Positions 23,992 through 38,473 of a stretch of DNA of 64,000 nucleotides are shown piece by piece; the first letter of the stretch is position 1, and each line of letters begins with the position of its first letter. The translations under genes were made by a program, and so were the position numbers. Origin of the DNA: Amoebidium appalachense (lineage: Eukaryota; Protista; Ichthyosporea); contig CAVNZM010000003.1 of the NCBI GenBank assembly GCA_963693365.1, forward strand, positions 4,956,472 through 5,020,471. The letters are read 5' to 3'. Under the pieces are notes generated by a model. That model saw only the letters and a list, made by a program, of their open reading frames with translations. It searched no databases and was not told the DNA's origin.

Positions 23992-24457
23992 TGCAATAGT
24001 GTGGTGTATAAGGCCGGCCCGGAGGGCCGGGCGGTACAGGCTAGTTTATCCCAACCCACATTTATACCCCACCTATACATAGCACCTCGTCTCATATTGC
24101 AGGCAATTTAGCGGCGGATCATGTTTTCCCGTTATCATAAGGGGTTGTTTATACAATAGCTTTTTGGAATATTGTGCTACAAAAACACTATATACAGGAT
24201 TAAAAACACTATTATATATATGTTTTTTTAGTATTTTCATTTAGCTACATTTTATTTTTCTAACAGAAGTATAGTTATTTTTCACTTTGAAAAACACACA
24301 TATGAATGATGATTTATACGAACATAGTCAGAAATAGAATCTTCATCATTTTTGCGAAATCAACAAATGTGGCTAAATGGAATGACTTGGTTCTAGTTAA
24401 AATGTGTTTTATTTTTTACGGGACGTTCCCATTGGCTCTAGAAGTGACAAAAACCCA

Positions 24458-24500
24458 CTAGTAGTTTTCGACCGATGCATCGACGGCCACGCACGTGGCA
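24458..24500 (-). mobile_element. Second Helitron-like 3' terminus, on the minus strand
   Basis: The minus strand reads GCCACGTGCGTGGCCGTCGATGCATCGGTC-GAAAACTA-CTAG|T, i.e. palindromes, an 8-nt spacer and CTAG|T. No 5' end was identified. Confidence 0.45.
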
Positions 24501-24559
24501 CCACTAAAATGGCCTGGCTTTGAGATGGGGTGTTGGCTCTCTACACACACACTCTCTCT

Positions 24560-24918
24560 CAATAGGATAGCGCAAAACCGACTGATCTCAGGTGCACACA
24601 TGTAATCCCGTCTCTTATCATCCCGTAATAATATTCTTTGTTTCCCGAGTCCCTTTCTTTTCTATTTTCCTCTTTTCTTTTGGTGAATGAAACCAGAGAC
24701 AACCCGCCTTTTTTTGGATATCTCCTTTTGTTTTGCTGAGCTAGCACCAGGCTAGCTGGGTGTGTTTACCAATAGGATAGCGCAAAACCGACTGATCTCA
24801 GGTGCACACATGTAATCCCGTCTCTTATCATCCCGTAATAATTTTCTCTTTTTTTCCTTTCTTTTCTACTTTCCTTTTTTTTTTTTTTTTTTTTTTTTAT
24901 TTGTGTGAATGAAACCAG
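24560..24918. repeat. Direct repeat with a 210-bp period and a perfectly identical 73-bp head
   Basis: 24560-24632 is identical to 24770-24842. Each is followed by a diverged T-rich tract and a shared GTGAATGAAACCAG. Confidence 0.9.
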
Positions 24919-26842
24919 GGAAATTCTCAGGTCAAGGACAGAAAACCGTTACACATGGCCATCTATATGCATATTCGGTCATATCACAGAGAATATTATC
25001 CAATCATGATCACGAGCCGAGATAATATTCTTCGTGATATGACTGAATATCTAACTGTTCAACATGGAAAAGGACTTTTTAGATCCTAGATTGAGCGTTC
25101 ATAACCGAAATACTCGGTTTTTTAGAGATGGTCAACTTTAGACCATCTTTATTATCAGTTCACCAGTATGGGAGGAAGACCTGGCGATCGTGACAGATTG
25201 GCGATCGTAACAGATCAGCATCAATCGGCTTCTAAAGATGTCGGTTTACACGGTAAAGATGTCACGCAAGTCTATGGCCAGCACGTGGCGAGCTCCGCTC
25301 GCCACGCCAGGGCGAGCCTCGGGCCGAGCGCAGCAAGGCCCGGGAGCGAGCCTGACTGTTCAGCAATCGGTGACTGCGAAAGTCGAAAAAGTCACATCAT
25401 GGAGAAGCTTTGCTTGGTTTCAGAAACTTTGAAGTTAGGAGTATACAGGGCCTACAGTGTACACAAAATCATACTCTAACCGAGATTGGGCCCACATCGC
25501 CGTGGGGAACCCACTAGATCGTTTATTTTATAATGACTTCATTGATAAGCTCATCAAGAAACTTGGCGTCGGTATATGGGACCTTGGATCGATAACGTTG
25601 GGTAAAAAAGGTTTTGAGGGTGTTGGGGGTGTTCAGGGTGGGTGGGGAGGGGGGGAGAAGGGCCGGGAGAGGGAGGGCAGGAGCAGGAAGGCAGGCAATA
25701 TCTTTGACCTACCTGTGGGATCACTGCACGATCCCCTTACAATTCCAAGCATAGTCATGGCAAGAGATTTGTGGACCTGTTGGTCGTCTTTAGCTTCTCT
25801 TCCAAGAGACAAGCACACGCCATGTCACACACACACATTTGTACCTACCCATCCTAATGATTATAATTAGCTTGGAGTCCCTTCCTTTTGTGTGTTTTTG
25901 TGTGTGTGTGTGTGGTTGGGGGGGTATGTTGTGTGTGTCTTATTTTTGTTATGTTTTAATTTCTTTTTTTTTGTTAGTATGGCTAATAACATAGGGGTGC
26001 AGTGCAACTGTATCTGCACACTTTCGGAGGAGGCAGCCAATAAAGTGCAGTATATCATGATCTTACAGGTAGGTCAAAGATACTGCCTGCCTTCCTGCTC
26101 CTGCCCTCCCTCTCCCGGCCCTTCTCCCCCCTCCCCACCCACCCCCAACACACAAACACACATCACCACCACCACCACCACCATACACACATACATAACA
26201 CCCCCCCCCCCCCCCCCTCCCCCCCCCCCCCCCCCCCCCCCCCCCTCACCACCACCTTCCCCCCCCCCCCCCCCCAAAAAAAAAAAAAAAAAAAGAAAGA
26301 AAGAAAGAAAGAAAGAAAAGAAAAAAGCCCCGTACCACGGTACACCATCCAATGCTTGGGAACCCCATACACCTGTTTGCAGCCCGTCACCAAACAAACA
26401 GCAAAACTTACAAGACAACGTGCACTCTCGGGCTTTGAGGGACCTGCAAAGGAATATTAGAAGAACACATAACACTCCATTCAGACAACACTAGTTGCTG
26501 GCCCCATTCATATCCACCACACATGCTGCGCAACAAACGTTTTCCCAGACACACGCACACGGGTGCCTTTGGAATGTCATTGATGCATTTATTCATCATA
26601 GGCAAGCTGACCAGCTGCTATTCAACGCCTTATGATAGCTATGTGGTACCCGTAGTACTAAAACGTCTCACGTATTTACACTATGATATCCGTTACTATT
26701 TTATGCCGTCTTAGAAGTAATAGCTCACACCCATAGCGTCTATGCCATAACCTACGCGCATACATCATTGCACTAGCTCACTTGTGTTGCCATATGTACA
26801 AACGATTAGGCACTTTCTTCAACGTCAAGCCAAAATCTTTAA

Positions 26843-27856
26843 CTACAGTAGCGGCCTTGCGCGCGCAGCCGTGAAAGCCGTGGTGTTAAAGACGCGCTTT
26901 GCAACCGGCACGCCACATCGACTGAGGATTGGTTTTGCCGCTCCTTTTTTGGGCTGTTTTGGAAAAAACCATGTGTCGAACATGTACTCATACACTTCCG
27001 AAAGAGTGCATCTTTCGGCAGGGATGGGGCAGAGGAGGGCATCCAAGAGCTCGCACAAGGCGGGTGTGGCACGAAGTCTGTCTTCTGTTCGGCGGATGGA
27101 TGCACCCTCCACACCAGCTTCATAGCGGCTCAGAAAGTCGAGGTAAGAAGAGTCGGAATTGCTGGCAGACTCAAAAGGAAGGCAGCAGAACAATGCGAGA
27201 TGAAGCATGATGCCGAACGAGAATATATCCGCAGCGCGCCCGTCGATATATTCGTTTTCTTTCATTTGCTCTATCTCCGGTGCCATGTATCCCGTAGTAC
27301 CCACGCGTCCGGCGATAAGTTTTGATGCGGTCATGTGACGAGAGAGCCCGAAGTCAATCAGGCGCACTTTTGGTGGGGTGTTCAGGGCGTCGGTGGTAGA
27401 GAGTGGGTCGATAAAAACTACGTTTTCAAGTTTCAGGTATCTGTGTACGGCATTGAGCTCGTGCATGTGCCCAAGCGCCGCCGCTATTTGTGCAAAGATG
27501 AGCTTCGCCAATCGCTCATGTTTTCTCAGAGGCCCCTTTGTAGACACAAAATCGTAGAAGTCTCCTCCTGCGGCATATTCTTGCACTAGGTATGCATGTC
27601 GGCGGTCGGGCGAATGTTCAACTCCAAGAGTTCGGATGATGTTTGGATGCTTAAGGCATACAGAGAGACCCAACTCGTATATACTGCATGCGTTGGCCGG
27701 AACACATTTGATGGCGACGGATTGATTTGTGTATATGTTTTCAATCTGTCCGTTAAAGATGAGGCCATTGGATCCTACCCTCAAAACATCTACGTTCGTG
27801 TACCCTCTAGATGCCAGGAAAGACGCATGCCAGTGGGCTTGGTTGGACTTCGCCAT
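26843..27856 (-). CDS. Intronless Ser/Thr protein kinase (CAMK/SNF1-like fold), probable pseudokinase (HRD to HRY)
   Basis: VAIK, LKHPNII, EYAAGGD, HRYLKLEN, IDFGLS, GTTGYMAPE, ADIFSFG. ATG in AAAATGG context. The Gly-rich loop is degenerate (VGSNG). Confidence 0.9.
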   Translation of the reverse strand: MAKSNQAHWHASFLASRGYTNVDVLRVGSNGLIFNGQIENIYTNQSVAIKCVPANACSIYELGLSVCLKHPNIIRTLGVEHSPDRRHAYLVQEYAAGGDFYDFVSTKGPLRKHERLAKLIFAQIAAALGHMHELNAVHRYLKLENVVFIDPLSTTDALNTPPKVRLIDFGLSRHMTASKLIAGRVGTTGYMAPEIEQMKENEYIDGRAADIFSFGIMLHLALFCCLPFESASNSDSSYLDFLSRYEAGVEGASIRRTEDRLRATPALCELLDALLCPIPAERCTLSEVYEYMFDTWFFPKQPKKGAAKPILSRCGVPVAKRVFNTTAFTAARARPLL

Positions 27857-29853
27857 TTTCGCTTTTTCTTCTTGTGTATGTCTGCCGTTCTTGAAAAGTT
27901 CAATGGTCTGTCTATTCTGATTCTGGAAGCTTTTTGCCGTGCTTTTGTATATGCGTGAAGGGGGGCCAAGTTATCCGGGGCGCCGGCATGTCGGGACAAA
28001 ATTTTCACAAAAATAAAAATAATTATGACGCAACGGAGGCTTAGTCTTCTTGTGTGAGGTCACAATGACAGTTCTTATAGGGTAATAGAGATCCGAATTA
28101 TGCCCAAAATAATTAGAGTTAAAAGCAACACCATGTAGACTATTGCCTCTAGGCCACAGTTTTATCCTTATCAGATCCTGCGCATATCACGATTTTTGGA
28201 GGTTCGGTGTCGCATGAGGCCCCTTTAGGTGCCCCCTTTTTGCCTAATGAGAAAAAAAAACACAGAATCTAGCTTGATGAATGTATAAATTTATATCTTT
28301 TACCTTATTTCCTACTTTATTGCTTTGTGACCCGCAGTGTCATATTGCATTGACAGCTTGTGCACAGCTGGTCACCAGAATTGCGGTCCAGCACGAGCAC
28401 CGCGCCGCTGTCGGACCGGCCATATCAAAGATATGCGGAATGTGCCAGAGTGTGATTTGATTGGATGTCTTTGACAAGTATACATGTACATAGTACGTGA
28501 CCAGTTGCGCGTGCGTTCATTGCGTGTCTTTCAGTTGGGCTTTCATGTCTATTGAACAAAGTAATCAAGTATTATGTCTTACAAAATACAGGCTTTATAT
28601 CAGGTATTTCTAAAGAGTATTTTGTAATCAATATAGGCTCACGTTTGCTATCAATCATACTAAGGCAAATTCTCTGCGGAACTTTCTCGCGACTTCTTCT
28701 TACCAATCAATTTTTTTAGAGTTGTGCTATGAAAATAGAACGAATTCCGACCAATCTCTTCACATTCAATTCTGGCCGCGTGTGACCCTAAAAGTGGCTG
28801 ACACACTGAACACGTTCATTTTGTCGTGGTCAAAAGAATAAACTCAAATTTAGGCGAAAATTCTTGTAGCTTCTGTATGCACCAGCTATCCCGACTCATC
28901 AATATAATTAAGGGCCCTCGTATAGGCCATATCAGCACCTTGGATAGCCAGATAACTGCATGCGTGCCCGGCTGCCCATGGAGGCAGTGCCAGCCGCATT
29001 TTTTTATTCAAAGCGCATTCCAATCCCACCTCCATGGCATGCATGCCACGTCGCGATTTACCCGGTGCATGCACGTATATGTAAGGGTCTCAGGCTGTAC
29101 TCCATCAGTACGCACGTGAGGTATCAGAATCATAGGCAAGTCATCGCGTCTTCACTATTTATGACATCCAGGGCCCCGGCCTCCGCCCATTCGGATCCTA
29201 CAAAAACAGTAATATAAAAACCATGCCGTGTGCACGTGGTGCACAGTGTAGACTACTGGACACACCACACGTACAGAATCATCCGAGCATGGTGCTGAAC
29301 GGTTGCATACATCGCATTGAGTCACTGATGAATAGATATGCATGTGCATATATCATGCATATGATGGGTCTAACGGTGCCCTATTAGTGACATGGCCACT
29401 GCAGCCGCAGCCTGCAGTATCCCCCCTCCCATATGGCCATATGCCCCCCCCCCCCCCCCCCCCCCCCCCGATTTACGGCCATCAGTAGGCCCCGCCTATT
29501 ACATGTATGTGCCTATAGAGACCATGCAATTGCAATTAATATTAGTTGACCGTGCTCCTTTGCTAGTACTGGTAATTCTTTCTAATTATTGCACTTACTA
29601 CAGTTTGCATATGATCTGTGAAAGGAGTGTGCACTTGTCAACCAAAAAAGTTTGGCTGCACGGTCACCTGGGACCGGTGGGTGCGGAATCCGGATGATTC
29701 GAGTCCCGGCCCGTAATCCGACTGTACGTCCGAATCTGACAGTCCGACATTGCCACGCTCACTCCCACCCACCCACCCACCCACCCGGGCCCTCTCCCCC
29801 TCCCCCCTCCCCCCCCCCCCCACGAGTCCCCCCTCCCCCCCCCCTCCCCCCCC

Positions 29854-29888
<35 letters not shown>

Positions 29889-29967
29889 ACTTTCCTCCTG
29901 TATTAAACACAACAGCATAAAAAACACATGACTTACTTCAAGTTGATGGCTTTTCTTTCAACATCAA

Positions 29968-31617
29968 GTTGGTGCACGATATGTTGGTTTTATTGATTGG
30001 AAACTTCTTACGATTCTGTCTCCCCTGGTCTCCTATGGGAAAAGCTTGCTGCACGGGGTGTACCACACTGCATTGGTGTTTTGTTAGAAGCACTCTTGTC
30101 TCAAACCTAGACCTATGGTAGAGCTGTGGTTAATGGGCACCGTGGGCCTTTCATATGGTTTTTCTCGTACTAGAGGTCTCTTGCAGGGTTCATTACTTAG
30201 CCCCTTTTTATTTAACCTATTTATAGATGATTTGGCTGTCAAGATTTATGCCGAAAATGATGACCCTATTGATAACTTTCCGCTTGCACTTCTCTATGCT
30301 GATGATGATCTGTCCCTCCTTGCCCGTACCCCTAGACGCCTGCAAAGATTGTTCGATATAGTGTCAGAGTGGTGCAAGGCAAACCTTATGATTCTCGACA
30401 TCGACAAATGTGGTGTTCCGTTGTACCTGATATAGCTAACAATTTACACACATTTACATTATCATCTAAACCTGTACCTATAGTTCCAGAATACAAATAT
30501 CTTGGTGTTCCGGTTAATTCTGTTGGTATTATGTTTTCCCATATGGTCGACAAGAGGGTAGAGTTGGCTCGTAAGCGGTTAGCTTTCTTCTCGGCTAATA
30601 TTTTTAAAGACACACCCCTCCATCCTTCTATTAGACTTACATTTATTCGCACTTTTGTCTTCCCGGGATGTGAATATGGTTTACCCCTTCTCGCGGCTTG
30701 GATCAAGAAAGAGAGAACTAGAGCGCTTAAACCCTTGGCAAATTTCCTTGAGCAGAAGTTGCCTCCTTTCTATCTAACAACTGTTCTCAACCTGGGCCTG
30801 TAACGCTCTCGATATATGGTCTGGTCCCAATAGCTGCTAGAGTATCCCAACTCGCGCTGAAATTCAATAAGCACATAAGCCGCTTAAAGAAGTATTTGCC
30901 CTCCCACCTCTCTTCTCTATCCGACCTGTCCCCTCCTCACCTCTCCCCTCTTTCCTTCCCTCTCTCTCTCCTTCTTCCCCGGGCACAAATACAAATAAAC
31001 CCCGCAAAAATGTGCGTGTGACTTTGGGCTGCCACTTACTTATTAAACATGTACACAATCACAAGATAATCACGCAATATAACAAATGGAAAAAGATACC
31101 ACACGACACTAGACCCGATGAAAGCAGACACCTTGAAAAACTAAGCCTTATGTCTCGTTTTATATATAAATGACCACCTCAACCATATTGCCAAATATGG
31201 CACTCGCAAATGTATAACACCTAAATACATATTACCTTCCTGTATACGTAGAACTGGTCTTTCTCTAGCTGGTGGTATTATTGATCAATTACCACGCTTT
31301 TACTGTAGACGTGCTATACAGTGGAGATCTAATAAGTATAAGGTGCCATCGTTTGCATGCCCAAACAACACACACACACACCAGTTTAAACGGTCATGTA
31401 TCGCCAAATGTAGTTGATAGACGTCCACATAATACCGCAACACACACACGTCACATTCACAACAGACACCCAGAAAGATAGCCCACCTGTAAATTACAAT
31501 ATCCTTGATTTTATACTAAACACGCGTAACTACGACCTGTTTATTAGATGTATTGATTGGCTTGAGAAACACATCATTACAAAATTCTAGCACACACACA
31601 CACACACACATACACAC

Positions 31618-31712
<95 letters not shown>

Positions 31713-31767
31713 ACACACATACACACACACACACCAGTTGATACCGAGTGTCCCAGGGGAACCCGAG

Positions 31768-31801
<34 letters not shown>

Positions 31802-31993
31802 GGGGAACCCAACTAATTGATTTTTCTTAGCCTTTATGATGCCTCGTAGAGAAAGTAAACCCTGATATACTGTATAATCATTACCCGACATCTATGTACT
31901 TGATCATGATATACCGCTGAGGGGATATTCCGAGCAAAAACCCCCCATACCTGAGACTAGTCTCTCTTTGCCTCGAGTAAACAGCTTAAACCC
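29968..31993 (+). mobile_element. 5'-truncated, frameshifted copy of the same LINE with target-site duplication ACATCAA
   Basis: Closely matches the RT C-terminal half and 3' UTR of the 19934-23993 element (GLLQGSLLSPFLFNLFIDDL, YKYLGVP) but is broken into several frames. ACATCAA occurs at 29961-29967 and 31994-32000. Confidence 0.92.
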
Positions 31994-32064
31994 ACATCAA
32001 CTTGTCTGACATTTTGCGTGACTATTGCTTACCTTCTCCCCCGCTCCCGGCCCCCAATCCCCCC

Positions 32065-32095
<31 letters not shown>

Positions 32096-32249
32096 AAAAA
32101 AAAAGAAAAAAGAAAAAAAAAAAGAAGAAGAAGAAGAAGAAGGAGGAGGAAAAAAAGAAAGAAAGAAAGAAAGAAAAAATGAACACATGCGTGCACACAT
32201 GCGCGGTCGCACACCCACACACACCCACACACACACAACGTCACACACA

Positions 32250-32300
<51 letters not shown>

Positions 32301-33459
32301 TACACACACACACAGACACACACACACACGCAAACTACACACCGTGACACACAGGCACACACACACAAACAAACTCAACTTGAACAAACACAAACTGTAC
32401 CGTAAAAGGCACACACAAACAAACAAAAACAAACACACACTGTACACAGCCCAGACACTGTCAGACACAAGTCATACCGTTGAACACACGTACAACTGAG
32501 TACTTTTCTCCTGGCCCGGGGACTAGGGGCATTCCTTCTCTCTGGGGGAACCCACATCGTCGAAGCTCTTCTTATTAAACTTGATCACTGATCAGCAAAA
32601 GCATTAAATCAATGAGGTGTTACTCAGCAGGAACATTTAGATGCAGAAAATAGATGTTTACATTTGCCCTAATAGCATGCATATGCTGCCTCGCGAGACT
32701 CCAAAATTTGCTCATTCAATCGCGGCTAGGCTACTAAGGCATCCGACGACTGTTTCGCATTTCTTGCTCTAGGAGCTCCTACGGGGGTAGCTTAAATGGA
32801 AGTTAAGTTGTACGCCACTATGAGAACCTAAAATGGAACAGTAGGGGGAACTTGCCAAACGGAAATGAGAAGAACGACTCTATCATAAGCGATGTGTGCA
32901 ACTTTCTGACTGGTTTCTGTCGGTTTACACTCTCTGTGCTGGGCCTAGACCAAACGGTCCCTGAGGCACTGTGCACCCGTGCACATGTATGTATCACCAG
33001 TACCCCGGCACTGCCCGGAGAGGGTCCCTGCCACGGTTCTTATCTAGTGACGGTCCCTAGTACCTATGTATTTAGTGAAGAGGGGGAGGGAGGTGGGGGG
33101 CCGGGGGGCCGGGGGCCGGGGGGGGGGGGGGGGGGGGGGGGGACATCTTTCTTTTTTGTTGTTGATATCAGCCTGCCCGGAAATGCTGGTTACCACACTA
33201 AACATCTGCTATACACCGGGAATCCCACCAAGAAGGCTTATTTTAACTAATTTTATGTCCATGGCACACATGCTTGTAAGTATGTTATTAGGAATTCTTG
33301 ATTTTGAAACGGGGATCCTAGTAGTAACTTTTTCAGTTTATCTTTTAATTTTATTTTATTTATTTATTGGAAGGGGGGGGAGGGGGGTGACACGTGTGCT
33401 TGTGCGTGTGTGTGTGTGTGTGTGCGTGTGTGTGTGTGTGCGTTTGGGGGGAGGGGAAT

Positions 33460-33490
<31 letters not shown>

Positions 33491-33626
33491 GGGGGGAGGA
33501 TATGCATATTAAGTGGCCAAAACGGAAGCATTTCGTCTTGATAAAAAAAAAAGAAGGGGAAAAAAAAAAAAAAAGTAACAAATCATGACCGGCAACCTTT
33601 GGTGGCTGGAAAAGCCCCCGCACGCG

Positions 33627-33669
<43 letters not shown>

Positions 33670-33986
33670 GCCCCAGGGGGGGACGTCGATAATTACTGCT
33701 CCCCCTCCCCACCCCCCTCACCCCCCCCCCCCCCCCCTCCAACCCCCTCCTTCCCCTCCTCCTCTCTGTTCTCCCCGCCTCCCAGCCAGTAGTGAAAACA
33801 ACGACAAACAAATACACTTGCTCTCTCGAATTTATTTGTCCCCCCCCCTCCCCCCCCCCCTCCCTCCCTCCCTCCCTCCCTCCTTCCCCCCCTCTTCCCC
33901 CCCCCACCCTCCCCCCCCCCCCCCCCCCCCCCCCGAAGAGCCCACGAATCATATTACATATGCAAGGAAGAGCACACGATGAGCAC

Positions 33987-35935
33987 ACGGGCGTCGTATC
34001 ACCAACGTGTTTGGGGGGGGTCGGCAGCTGCTAGGGCGCATTTGTGGGTGGGACAGACTATAGTCTCCATAAACTGGGAGGAGGTATTGGGGGCCAGTGA
34101 TGATGAAATTGTGGGGCTGCTGCATAGGGCCTATGCTAAAGGGTCCCCCGTTATCGTAAGGACCCCCCCCCCCCCCCCCCCCCCTTTCCAAAAAAGAAAG
34201 AAAGAAAGAAAGAAAAGAAAAGAACAGAAAAATGAAAGAGAGCTGTTGTGTAATTCTTTTCTTTCTTTCCCCCCATTTTCCTCAAGCAATCCTTAATTGC
34301 ATGTACATGTCCTCCCCTCCTCCCCCTTCCCCGCATCCCCCCCCCCCTTTCTACCCCCCCTCCCCCCCCCCCAAAATGCCCTTTCCGGACCACACAATCA
34401 ACATCACTACATCTCAGGACGATATAAACCCCTCTCGTTACACCTCAATTGGGCCTTCTACCTACCTACCTCAATTATACTCCACCCATGCAAACCCCCC
34501 CCCCCCCCTCTCCCCCTCTTTCCCTCCGCCCCCTGCCCCCTCCCCCTCCCCTCTCCTCCCGCCCCTCCCTCCCCCTTGCGCCCCCCCCTTCCCCCCCCTT
34601 GCGCCCCTTCCACTCTAACATCCGTGTACTATTAAACTTACTGGTGTGATCATCATCCAATCTGCACACACAAACACACACAACAAGACCACACGCGCAT
34701 GTGCCCGTGCCCACCCACACACACAAAAACACACACAACCCCCTCCCCCCTTCCCCCCCACACACACACACATACCCCCCCCCCCCCCCACACACACACA
34801 CACACACGCACTGTTACACCCCCCCCCCCCCCCCCCCCCCCGCCCAACACATACACGCACAACCTCATCCCCTCCTCCCCCCCCCCCCCTCCCCCCGCCC
34901 ACACACACACACACACAGACACTGGCACAACCACACACTCACGCGCCCACACGCACACATGCACAACCCCCCCCCCCCCCCCCCTTCCCCCCCCAAAACA
35001 CACACAGGACTCAGGTCGACTGGGTAGCAGCATCCATCCTTGTCGTTGCTCGGAATGAATCCCGTAAGACCTCCGCAGGGAGGGTCCTATCCCCGCTCTC
35101 CCCATACCTCTCCACCCGAAATCTATCCATAAGGATCTACGATCACGCCCTTTCCTTTTGGTCACCGGAAACCCACGGGCGCACAGACAGCTCCCTAAAA
35201 GGGTCTTCTTCGAGCATCGGATCCCCCTCTACCCCTGCCTCCTCCTCCGCCCCTGAACCGGAAGTTTGGGTTTCAGGAGATCTCGCAGCCACACACTCAA
35301 CTCAATTGCGGCCGCAAGTGTGTTCATGGCCCCCCGTTCCCTCTACCCCAACGGATTCAAGTGCGAAGGGCTAACAGTTTGAGAGGAAGCAATACACCCA
35401 CGCCTTCTTCCCCCCAGGTTCTCTTCAATTTTAAAACCAGCGAAATTTCAAACTCGCCCGTTCCCGCAAGCCGGTCCTCTTCACCTCAACCTTCATCGTC
35501 TATTACTGATAGACGGTGTGAAAGTGGTGAAAATTCGAACACATGGGGGATTGGGAGACGACTCTCTGATTTCGACAGCGAAATTTTGTCATCTCAGACC
35601 CCCCGTACTCCCCGGCGAAGCATTCTTGGGATCGGTTTCATGGGCCCGTGGAAGTTCCAGCGATGGAGGGATTAATGAGTTTTCTACTCCAGATCTCACA
35701 GGAGCACATGAAAGTTCGATTGAACACCCTCCGGCTTCCCCTGCAACACAGAAGAAGAAACTAGGAGAAAGGTGTCGGTGGGGGAGTGGGTGGGGAATAT
35801 CAGCCGGGTCCCCCTCTACCCTGCCTGCTGGGGAGGGGGGGGGGGGGGGTCACAGGATGGTCTGAAGGTTTTGCAAGCCAAGGGGGGTACCATGGTTAAT
35901 ATGGAGGGGGTGACTATGGTTCCCCACCCTGCATA
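33987..35935 (+). pseudogene. Inverted partial duplicate of the PDZ gene (PDZ2 exon, intron, last exon, 3' flank)
   Basis: GSAAARAHLWVGQTIVSINWEEVLGASDDEIVGLLHRAYAKGSP and VAASILVVARN...SPLSPYLSTRNLSIR match the reverse complement of 39340-41660. It lacks PDZ1 and a start, and has frameshifts and a deletion near 35360. Confidence 0.85.
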
Positions 35936-36769
35936 GCCTTGAATTCTTTTTTTTTATTTTAATAATGACTTTATTGATATGCTCGTCAAAGTATAGTCAA
36001 GCGAGATATCACAGATATCTCAGTGAAGCAGAAACACAAAAATCCCTTACTCTCGAATATGGAGGAGATAATGACTTAAATAATTATACACCCTGGAAAA
36101 CTCGTTAAACATACGGTGATTTAATTGAAATTTTGCTCTGATCTAGGTTGTCTGGTGGGAGGGGGATGGTTGGGCTTTGCTGTGCTTTCTTCGTCATGAT
36201 CTGATGTTACGACGAATAAAAGGCCCCGTTGCATATGTGTGATCCTTGTTTTCTCTTTTTCCTCGTAATCTTCCTTCTTTCTTTCCTACTTTGTTCTCTT
36301 GCTTACTTCCTCTCCGGACCCTTTTCTTTCTTTTTTTCGCTCTTTCTTTCTTGAATTCGTGATGTCTCAAAGGGGAACGATCCCCACCACTTGTCATAGT
36401 CGCAAGCCTTGAAAAATGATAAACGAAACAAAATCATAGGCTACGAAATATCTCAGGCAATATCTCGGAAAATCAAAATCTATGCCCGGCTTCAGTCCGT
36501 AGTAGCAAACATTTAGACAGTGCCACCACCCGTCACCCAGCGATTATTTCGTTATCCTCGGGGGTGTTGTGTGTGTGTGTGTGAAACTTGTGTGTGTGTG
36601 TGTGTCTGTGTGTGTGAGTGTTTGCGGGGAGGGTGGGGGGAAGTGGGTGGGGGGGGGGGGGGAGGGGGAGGGGGGAGGGAGGATGTGCCCTGGATGTATT
36701 ATGGACAAACATCTGACGTTGTGATAAGTTATCTGCTGGCGACCGGTCCAACGTTATTATGAATCTAAA

Positions 36770-38473
<1,704 letters not shown>

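Larger units (their letters stand above)
19934..23993 (-). mobile_element. Non-LTR retrotransposon (APE-RT LINE), 5'-truncated within ORF1
   Basis: ORF1 remnant plus an intact 1064-aa ORF2. The ~340-nt 3' UTR is shared with the second copy up to TAAACCC. Confidence 0.93.
18429..24044 (+). mobile_element. Putative non-autonomous Helitron with a duplicated 5' end, containing a nested LINE
   Basis: 5' A|TCTTATACCATATATAG at 18429, repeated at 18508. 3' GC hairpin GCCCGG-AGGG-CCGGGC (24017-24032), then 8 nt, then CTAG|T at 24041-24045, matching the canonical A|TC...CTAG|T signature. Pairing the two ends is inferred. Confidence 0.6.

Noticed and set aside
20800-24111. Plus-strand ORFs overlapping the LINE
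   Set aside because: They are antisense shadows of ORF1 and ORF2 with no motifs of their own.
31915-31940. Hammerhead ribozyme in the LINE 3' UTR (CTGAGGGGATATTCCGAGC)
   Set aside because: It lacks the CUGANGA and GAAA core and the flanking stems.
31987-31993. TAAACCC as a telomeric repeat
   Set aside because: A single unit only, with no array.
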